Positions 55,507-62,421 of a DNA stretch of 64,000 nucleotides are shown here, piece by piece (the stretch's first letter is position 1; every line of letters begins with the position of its first letter). Where the stretch lies: assembly GCA_030650415.1 (NCBI GenBank), contig JAUSEG010000025.1, forward strand, positions 11,916-75,915, in the 5' to 3' direction. The DNA comes from a bacterium. Its GTDB lineage: Bacteria; Patescibacteriota; Patescibacteriia; Patescibacteriales; GWC2-42-12. The translations under genes were made by a program, and so were the position numbers. The notes beneath the pieces are model-generated. The model was given only the letters and a program-made list of their open reading frames with translations. It had not been told where the DNA came from and searched no databases.

Positions 55507-55637
55507 GGCGAGGAGGTTTATTTATCGCTTAGATAAAATTTGAGTATTTTTTCTTAAAATTATAATAAACTGGGTCTGGATAATTTTAAGAAAAAATAAT
55601 ACAATTTTATATGCGCTCTAAATAAACTTCCTCGCCT
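55506..55637 (-). repeat. Family X long hairpin (opposite orientation)
   Basis: The reverse complement reads AGGCGAGGAAGTTTATTTA GAGCGCATAT AAAATT GTA ... AAATTTT ATCTAAGCGA TAAATAAACCTCCTCGCCT. Confidence 0.75.
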
Positions 55638-55655
55638 TATTAATTTATCTGAAAA

Positions 55656-56726
55656 CTAATTATTAATCAAAAAATTGCAAACATCCCCGTCCTGGATAAC
55701 ATATTCTTTGCCTTCGGTTCTAATGAGGCCAAGCTCGCGCGCCCGCGCTTCGTTTCCGGCCTCAATAAATTTTTGCCAATTGATCACTTCGGCGCGGATA
55801 AAACCTTTGGTAAAATCCGTGTGAATTACGCCGGCGGCCTCGGGCGCTTTAGTCCCGCGCTTAATCGTCCATGCCCGGGTTTCATCCGCGCCGGTGGTCA
55901 AAAAAGTGATTAAACCTAAAATTTCATAAGAGGCTTTAATTAATTTAGCCAGTCCGCTCTCGCTTAAACCCAGCTCTTTAACATACTCGGCCTGCTCCGC
56001 CTCGGGCAAATTCGCGATTTCTTCTTCAATCCTGGCGTTAATTTCAATAACTTTTCCTTCCCAATTTTTCACTTCCGCCTTGGCGCTGGCCGAATCATCT
56101 TTTACGTTCAGCGCATAAATTATCGGCTTAATGGTTAAGAGTCCTAAAATTTTTACCTCTTTCATTTCCTCTTCGGTAAAAATTAAATCGCGCGCCGCTT
56201 TGCCGGCTTCCAACTGGGTTTTCAATTTTTCTAACACGCCTTTTAAAAATATCATCTCTTTACTGCCGCTCTTGGCTTCTCGAACCACTTTTTCCAAGCG
56301 TTTTTCTACCGTAGCTAAATCGGCGAAAATCAATTCCAAATTGATGGTCTCCCGGTCGCCTTCGGGATCGATCTTACCATTAACATGGATAATATTATCG
56401 TCTTTAAAATCGCGAACCACTTCTAGAATCGCGTCACACTCGCGGATATGGGATAAAAATTTATTGCCCAACCCCTCGCCCTCGGACGCGCCCTTAACCA
56501 AACCGGCGATATCCACGAATTCAATAACGGTCGGAATAATTTTTTTCGGTTTAGAAATAACCGCCAATTTTTCCAACCGTTCATCCGGAACTTTAACCAC
56601 GCCGACATTCGGGTCAATGGTGCAAAAAGGATAATTAGAGGCGTCGACTTTATTTCTGGTTAAAGCATTAAATAGGGTTGATTTGCCAACATTAGGCAAG
56701 CCGACTATGCCGATTGATAAAGACAT
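55656..56726 (-). CDS. ychF: Ribosome-binding ATPase YchF
   Basis: GIVGLPNVGKSTLFNAL, a DIAGLVKGAS motif, and a C-terminal TGS-like domain. Confidence 0.93.
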   Translation of the reverse strand: MSLSIGIVGLPNVGKSTLFNALTRNKVDASNYPFCTIDPNVGVVKVPDERLEKLAVISKPKKIIPTVIEFVDIAGLVKGASEGEGLGNKFLSHIRECDAILEVVRDFKDDNIIHVNGKIDPEGDRETINLELIFADLATVEKRLEKVVREAKSGSKEMIFLKGVLEKLKTQLEAGKAARDLIFTEEEMKEVKILGLLTIKPIIYALNVKDDSASAKAEVKNWEGKVIEINARIEEEIANLPEAEQAEYVKELGLSESGLAKLIKASYEILGLITFLTTGADETRAWTIKRGTKAPEAAGVIHTDFTKGFIRAEVINWQKFIEAGNEARARELGLIRTEGKEYVIQDGDVCNFLINN

Positions 56727-56731
56727 TTTTT

Positions 56732-56780
56732 TGTCATTCCCGCAACCTGTCCCGAGCTTGTCGAGGGAAGGCGGGAATCC
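56732..56780. repeat. Solo family B hairpin
   Basis: TGTCATTCCCGC-(23 nt)-GCGGGAATCC, starting 6 nt upstream of the ychF start codon. Confidence 0.75.
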
Positions 56781-56890
56781 ATTACATTATTATTAATCTA
56801 TCTTGAACTTACCAGAGATTCAATAATTTTACAAACTTTTATAAAAAATACTCTCGCACAAGCTGTCTCGTGCGAGAGTTGACAAAAAAG

Positions 56891-57523
56891 TCAATCTGCC
56901 AGCGCGCTAAAGCCGTGGCGGACGACGCTGGTCTTCAAAGAACCAAGCGGCCGCTCGGATCGGCCGCGCGGTAAAACGCAAAGGCTATCGAAGCTGACGT
57001 CGCCAAGCCAGGTCCAAACAAGAATCAAACGTCCTGCATTAAAGCGAAGGCATGGGACAAAGAAGCTTGAAGCCAAATTGCTTAAAAGCGTGCCGGCAAA
57101 AATGATTACCTTATCGTGAACCGCTTCCGGAACTTCCTCCTGATGAACCAAGACGAATTTTGCGTCGCAAAGGCCATGATTGGTATTATCGTCAACGGCC
57201 TTCTGCCTCATCTCTTTGCCGGTCAGGCTGGGCTGGTCCTCCCTAAGAAGAGGGATGAAATCCAGATCAGCGACCGATCTGATGGCCGGAAAATTATCCT
57301 CGATCACCTCCCATTGTTTATCTTTTCCATGTCGAGGTATAAGCTCCGGGCAAATAATCTCGCAAGGAAATTGAGTAAGCCTAATCTCGCCACTGCGCAA
57401 ACCGCGAACGATCCGCCAGTTATTTCTAAACCAGTCGAGGTCTTCGCCGATTCCCTCAGGTCCATACTCTCCCAATCGCTCGTGGAGCAAGAGCTCCCCA
57501 ATTTGTTTCGGATTAATATTCAT
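56891..57523 (-). CDS. Hypothetical protein (GC-rich island)
   Basis: 210-aa ORF. The leader ends ...GAAAGGAAUCAGGAAUG, with two GGA motifs at the start codon. I recognise no domain. Confidence 0.55.
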   Translation of the reverse strand: MNINPKQIGELLLHERLGEYGPEGIGEDLDWFRNNWRIVRGLRSGEIRLTQFPCEIICPELIPRHGKDKQWEVIEDNFPAIRSVADLDFIPLLREDQPSLTGKEMRQKAVDDNTNHGLCDAKFVLVHQEEVPEAVHDKVIIFAGTLLSNLASSFFVPCLRFNAGRLILVWTWLGDVSFDSLCVLPRGRSERPLGSLKTSVVRHGFSALAD

Positions 57524-57886
57524 TCCTGATTCCTTTCAACCTGCCGGCAATTCGTTTTAGCATAAGAGCCATTAGGCATCAAATTCCAAAACGCTCTACC
57601 AAGCAGAAATAGCGGCCGAAAGACATTCCCGGCCAGCTTTCTATCTAGAGTAACTATAGGCAAAAAGCTAGCCGGGAAATTTATATCTAAAAGAACGATA
57701 GTAACAACTAAATATAGCACTTTAAAATAATTTGTCCATAGCCAATAACCTTATATTTTGTTTTAAAAGCTTGACTTTATGGCTAGTTTTTCCTAATCTT
57801 ACCGCACGGAGGAAAATAATAACGAACATTAAAATCTAACTCGAACCTCTCACCCAAAACTCAAATCCTCAACCACGGAAAACATC

Positions 57887-58480
57887 ATGAAAATACAACG
57901 AGCACTCTTATCAGTATCTGACAAAACCGGTTTAGTCGCCTTCGCCAATGTCCTGGTGGAAGCAGGCGTGGAACTGCTTTCTACCGGCGGTACGGCCAAG
58001 ACCCTGCGTGAGGCTGGCCTGCCGGTCAAAGAAGTCAGCGAGTATACGGGCTTTCCTGAAATGATGGACGGCCGCGTCAAGACGCTACACCCAAAGATCC
58101 ATGGCGGTTTGCTGTACCTCCGCGGCAACGAACAACACGAAGCCGCGGCGCGCGCGCATGGCATAATGCCGATTGACCTGGTAGTCGTCAACCTCTACCC
58201 GTTTGAGCAAGTCGTGGCCAGGCCCAACTCAACCATTCATGAAGCCGTTGAAAACATCGACATCGGCGGGCCGAGCATGCTCCGCAGCGCGGGGAAAAAC
58301 TATGAAAGCGTCACTGCCGTGGTTGACCCGGCCGATTACGCCAAGGTCGCCGAGCAAATCAAGGCAGCCGGCAATACTACGCTGGAATTACGCCGCAAAC
58401 TAGCCGCAAAGGCTTTCAATCGTACTTCAGAGTACGACGAAGCCATCAGCCAACGTCTGGTTGGAATAACAGTGAGCTGA
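57887..58480 (+). CDS. purH: Stand-alone IMP cyclohydrolase (MGS-like) domain, equivalent to the N-terminal ~40% of PurH; AICAR transformylase domain absent (GC-rich island)
   Basis: [12 protein letters not shown]..., [23 protein letters not shown] and [11 protein letters not shown] are canonical PurH N-terminal motifs. The ORF stops at aa 197 and is followed by a terminator at 58543-58572. No continuation is open in any frame. Confidence 0.8.
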   Translation: MKIQRALLSVSDKTGLVAFANVLVEAGVELLSTGGTAKTLREAGLPVKEVSEYTGFPEMMDGRVKTLHPKIHGGLLYLRGNEQHEAAARAHGIMPIDLVVVNLYPFEQVVARPNSTIHEAVENIDIGGPSMLRSAGKNYESVTAVVDPADYAKVAEQIKAAGNTTLELRRKLAAKAFNRTSEYDEAISQRLVGITVS

Positions 58481-58542
58481 CTTCTGACGAAAACCGCGGG
58501 TTTTAAAGACACTGATCAGAAAAGGAGGTCTAATCAGTCAAG

Positions 58543-58572
58543 CCGTCTTGCTTTAAGCGAGACGGTTTTTTT
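58543..58572 (+). terminator. Rho-independent terminator
   Basis: CCGTCT-tgctttaagc-GAGACGG followed by T7. Confidence 0.7.
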
Positions 58573-58641
58573 ATTGGCTTTCAAAAACAATCAAAATAGG
58601 CTAAAATAAAAATATACGGTGTCGGACACCGCTAAACGATT

Positions 58642-59556
58642 ATGAAAACCAATTTAATAAAAGACCAAGAGCTAATGAAAATTTTGGACATAGATTTAAA
58701 GACTCTAAACAGATTTAAGCAAATCAGAAGTGAAACCATGGCCGAAGCGAAAAAATTAAGCCAAAGAAAAAATAGAAAGCTAAAAGTTTTGGGCATTTCC
58801 GGCTCGGCCAGGGATCTCATGGATATGTCGCAGGAAGATTCCAACTCCGGCGAATTGTTAAAAAATTGCTTGGGTTATTGCGAGAAACTTGGCGCCGAAA
58901 CCGAATTTATTCAATTAAAAAAATATAATATAAAATATTGCAAAGCCTGCTACTCCACGGTTAATACGCAATGTCATTTCTATTGCTCATGTTATCCAAA
59001 AGGCACTCCGCAAGGCGATGATATGACCAACATTTTATACGACAAAATCCTCTCGGCCGATATCATAATTTTCGCTACGCCGGTTAACAATTTTAAAATT
59101 TCCACTTTGCTGGCGACCTTTATTGACCGCTGCATAAGTCTGGACGGCAGTCTTTCTCCGGCTAATCCGCAAGCGCCTAAAGACAAAGAACTGAATATTA
59201 AACACATGAAATTCATAGAACTAACGGCCGACAATAATTTACCGGGTAGTGGCCTTCTAAGAAGATTTACGGGAAAAGTCGCCGGCATTATTGTTACCGG
59301 CCACGAAGCCGGCGCCGCCATGGCTATAAGCTCTTTATCGATGATTTTAAATAATTTTGGCATGATGCTCCCGCCCTTTAACAGCCTCTACGCCATGTCT
59401 TCTGTCTGCCGCTCTACTTACGAAGATAAGCCGATCGTCCTAAGCGATTGTTACGATGAGGAACTAAAAGCTTTAGCCAATAATCTTGTTTTAGCGGCCA
59501 AGCTGGCAAAAAATTGCAAAATTACCGACTGGAAAAATGATTATACCGCAAATTAA
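58642..59556 (+). CDS. Flavodoxin-fold NAD(P)H-dependent FMN reductase / iron-sulfur flavoprotein-like
   Basis: KVLGISGSAR, a Cys cluster (CKACYSTVNTQCHFYCSC), and IIFATPVNNF. The start may be the internal ATG at 58738. Confidence 0.6.
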   Translation: MKTNLIKDQELMKILDIDLKTLNRFKQIRSETMAEAKKLSQRKNRKLKVLGISGSARDLMDMSQEDSNSGELLKNCLGYCEKLGAETEFIQLKKYNIKYCKACYSTVNTQCHFYCSCYPKGTPQGDDMTNILYDKILSADIIIFATPVNNFKISTLLATFIDRCISLDGSLSPANPQAPKDKELNIKHMKFIELTADNNLPGSGLLRRFTGKVAGIIVTGHEAGAAMAISSLSMILNNFGMMLPPFNSLYAMSSVCRSTYEDKPIVLSDCYDEELKALANNLVLAAKLAKNCKITDWKNDYTAN

Positions 59557-59571
59557 ATTAAATAATTTTAT

Positions 59572-59802
59572 ATGTCAAAAATTTCCAACACCAAAGAAAA
59601 TTTCGCCAAGTGTACCTGCGGTAGCTGTCCGACTTACCAGGCCAGCAGTTGCGCCAAAAAAAAACCGGAAAAACTTTACTGCGCGACGGGCAAATCGAGT
59701 TGCGATCTCGCTCGCAAAGGCTGTATCTGCGGCGCCTGCCCGATCTGGTCGGAATATAATCTGTCCAACGGTTATTTTTGTTTTAGCGGCGAAGTTAATT
59801 AA
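59572..59802 (+). CDS. Small Cys-rich protein (DUF2769-like)
   Basis: 76 aa with CTCGSCPTY ... CICGACPIW motifs. The family call is from memory. Confidence 0.5.
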   Translation: MSKISNTKENFAKCTCGSCPTYQASSCAKKKPEKLYCATGKSSCDLARKGCICGACPIWSEYNLSNGYFCFSGEVN

Positions 59803-59827
59803 TTATTTATTTAAAATACCAATTTTA

Positions 59828-59936
59828 TTCACCCCGTTAGATATTTTATTTAATTTTTGCAAATTTATAAAAAATTTGCGATTATTTTTAAATATTTTTC
59901 GGGCATAAAAATTATGTTAAAATCTAACGGGGTAAA
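59828..59936 (+). repeat. Family D palindromic element spanning the cupredoxin start
   Basis: TTCACCCCGTTAGATATTTTA ... TAAAATCTAACGGGGTAAA. The ATG at 59914 lies inside the element. Confidence 0.85.
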
Positions 59937-60309
59937 AAAAATTATTTGGTTGGGAATATTTTTTATCGCCATCCTGGCTTTAAGCGGCTGCAGCCTATAT
60001 GAAAACAACCAGACCGTCGCTCCGCGCCCCGCTCAAACCGCCAGACAACCGGAGGTCTCCACTAATAATGCCATCACGGTTAATATTGAAAATTTTTCTT
60101 TTAATTCTAACTCGGTTACTATTAAAAAAGGCACGACCGTAACCTGGATTAATAATGATTCAGCGCCTCATGAAATTAAATCCACTGGTTTTAATTCCGA
60201 GATTTTAAGCAAGGACCAAAGTTTTTCCTTTACCTTTAATGAAGCCGGAACCTTCGGCTATTCTTGCTCCATCCATCCTTCGATGACCGGTGAAATAATC
60301 GTCGAGTAA
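59914..60309 (+). CDS. Cupredoxin (amicyanin/plastocyanin-like type-1 copper) lipoprotein
   Basis: Lipobox LALSGC. Copper ligands are H (APHEI) and C-x2-H-x2-M (CSIHPSM). I prefer the ATG at 59914, which lies inside a palindromic element. Confidence 0.75.
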   Translation: MLKSNGVKKIIWLGIFFIAILALSGCSLYENNQTVAPRPAQTARQPEVSTNNAITVNIENFSFNSNSVTIKKGTTVTWINNDSAPHEIKSTGFNSEILSKDQSFSFTFNEAGTFGYSCSIHPSMTGEIIVE

Positions 60310-60310
60310 T

Positions 60311-60535
60311 ATGATACATAATCTTGCTTATACCTTAATTTTGGGCAAACCGCTAATCATGTACGGTGGCATTTTGACCTTCTTGCTCTTGCTCTCAACG
60401 GCCACCGTCGGTGCCTTAAATTTTAAAGGCATTTCGGTCATCCCCTTTAAATGGCACCCGAGGCTGGCTATAACAACAATTATTGCCGCGGCTATCCACG
60501 CCATTCTCGGTCTTTCTATTTTTTTAAAATTTTAA
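60311..60535 (+). CDS. Small two-TM membrane protein
   Basis: 74 aa with two hydrophobic helices. The start is 2 nt after the cupredoxin stop. Confidence 0.5.
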   Translation: MIHNLAYTLILGKPLIMYGGILTFLLLLSTATVGALNFKGISVIPFKWHPRLAITTIIAAAIHAILGLSIFLKF

Positions 60536-60642
60536 TCAAGGTATTTTCATTGAAACACAAAAAAATACTCAGCCAAGAGCTGAATATTTTTATATAAAAA
60601 AGACGCTCGCCTGCCATAAAGCAATCGAACGTCCGTGAATTA

Positions 60643-61704
60643 TCAAGCGGCTGTTCTTGAGGCGGCTTGTCGCGCCTCTAGAATCTTGCATTTCAATGAG
60701 CCAAAGCCGGCGATTGCCAGATCAAGCTGATCAAGCATTGCTTTCAGAGCCGCCGGATCGGTGTTAGCTATCAGGCTGCTGAACACAAAGACGGAAAAAC
60801 CTTCCGCGATTTTCAAGTCGGCTTTGGCACGCTCGACAATCAAACGCAATTTCCGAGCGTGGTCTGCCGGCTTGCGCGGACGGCCGCGCGGCCTATCCGG
60901 AGCTATTTCCTTCACCAGTCTGTTCACTTCAGCCAACCGAAATTTCGGATCGGCAATCGCCATGGCCTTTTGATAAACTTCCATCTGCCGCTCCTGGGGC
61001 AAGCGAGCCAGCGGATAGGCGATAGTGAGAAGCAGATGTTCAGCTGAAGGCAAACTCGTGTCCAAAAGTCTCTGAAGTTCGGGTGCCAGATCATTCAAGG
61101 ACAAACACTTATATACCCAGCCGCCTGATTGATCATATTTATTCGCCAGCTTCCTAACCGACACTTCTGCCCTTCTCTCCTTCATAAGCATCCGGGCAAT
61201 TTCAAGCGGAGAAGCGCCGGCAGAAACCTGATGATTATTGGTTGGCGGAACCGGAGCTGGATCAGCCGGTTTAGGCAGGAGCGCGGGCGGCGGTGTTTCA
61301 GTAATCGCTGCTACCGCCAGAATCGGCGCTCTTGGGACTAGCGGTTTTGAACCGTTAGCTTCGACAGTCTTGGGTTGAGGCCGAAAAATAACGCCTTCAC
61401 GCCTCATAACATCCAACCTGTCTCTCAAAAAGACTCCCATCTCTTTGGCAACGGTAGAGTTTACTCCGTTGCCTTTACCGACGACATTCCATTTCCCTTC
61501 TCTCTCATAAGTGGCTTGCCAAGGATATTCCCAATCCTTTCCTTCGTCTGCTGTGTCATGCAGAGCTAATCTGCCAGAAAGGCTTTGCCCCGACTCATTT
61601 CTCACCTCCATCGAAAGGGCAAAGAGTGTAAGACAACTTACAAACTGATAATTACCCTTCCAGGCCTTGGCAGGACCGCTATCTTCGTCATGATGATTGT
61701 TCAT
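60643..61704 (-). CDS. ParB-HTH-like DNA-binding protein with an unknown N-terminal domain and an AT-hook (GC-rich island)
   Basis: The C-terminal half has SVRKLANKYDQSGGWVYKCLSLNDLAPELQRLLD (ParB/KorB-type HTH plus following helix) and RPRGRPRKP. A Pro-rich linker is present. Promoter TTGACT-17-TTAAAT and an AGGAG RBS precede the ORF. Confidence 0.55.
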   Translation of the reverse strand: MNNHHDEDSGPAKAWKGNYQFVSCLTLFALSMEVRNESGQSLSGRLALHDTADEGKDWEYPWQATYEREGKWNVVGKGNGVNSTVAKEMGVFLRDRLDVMRREGVIFRPQPKTVEANGSKPLVPRAPILAVAAITETPPPALLPKPADPAPVPPTNNHQVSAGASPLEIARMLMKERRAEVSVRKLANKYDQSGGWVYKCLSLNDLAPELQRLLDTSLPSAEHLLLTIAYPLARLPQERQMEVYQKAMAIADPKFRLAEVNRLVKEIAPDRPRGRPRKPADHARKLRLIVERAKADLKIAEGFSVFVFSSLIANTDPAALKAMLDQLDLAIAGFGSLKCKILEARQAASRTAA

Positions 61705-61962
61705 AGATGCTCCTGTTGTTTTGGTGTTGGGGTTTTTGCAAAGAGCGAAAGACTCTTTTACTTAACTAAATTTAAACACATAAGTTTTGCGAAGTCAATC
61801 AATCGGGTTTATCTGCGCCCCCCCCATTTTTCCCACAAAAAAATCCCTTTCGGGACTTTTTTATTTTGCGGGAGCAAGTAGACGAGATTATAATCTTTTT
61901 CAAGGAGTTAAAAATGTATTATTATATTCCAAATTTAACCAATAGTGGCAATCCTTGCTGAA

Positions 61963-62421
61963 TTAAGCAATAGGCAATTTAGATTCTCTTTCCCCGATAA
62001 GCGTATTTACTCGTTCCAATAAAGTCTGAGCGTCGCTCATACCTTGCTTTAAATCTGTTTCTGAAATAGGCAAAGTTTTGCCATACTCAAGTATATTCCT
62101 TTTCTTTCTCATTTTTTCAATTCTTTCAAATTCGTGAGGCAGTTCGTTCATGACGAAGCTAGCCGCCTGTACAGTCAGCCAATGATGGCCGGGACCGCTG
62201 GTTTTAACCCTGTAGCCATTCAAATATAAAATTGCCGTGCAAGCCAATCTTAAAGAGTCGTAGATATGATTATAAACCATATCTTCATCGCCGGTTTCGG
62301 ACAAATTTTTTTTGGCAAAACGATATTGTTTGTAAGCTTTATCCAATTGCACCCTGGCATCAACTGCGCTGGTGTTGATCTGCTCAATTTGGTTGTTTTG
62401 TAATAAATTTTGTAAATTCAT
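61963..62421 (-). CDS. HEPN domain protein (toxin of a HEPN/MNT pair)
   Basis: 152-aa all-helical protein with KKRNILEYG at the position of the HEPN R-x4-6-H motif (Y instead of H). The start overlaps the upstream gene by 38 nt. Confidence 0.6.
   Translation of the reverse strand: MNLQNLLQNNQIEQINTSAVDARVQLDKAYKQYRFAKKNLSETGDEDMVYNHIYDSLRLACTAILYLNGYRVKTSGPGHHWLTVQAASFVMNELPHEFERIEKMRKKRNILEYGKTLPISETDLKQGMSDAQTLLERVNTLIGERESKLPIA

Noticed and set aside
57887-58480. Evidence for de novo purine biosynthesis
   Set aside because: Only the IMP cyclohydrolase domain of PurH is present and no other pur gene is in the window. One fragment on a foreign-looking island cannot support a pathway call.
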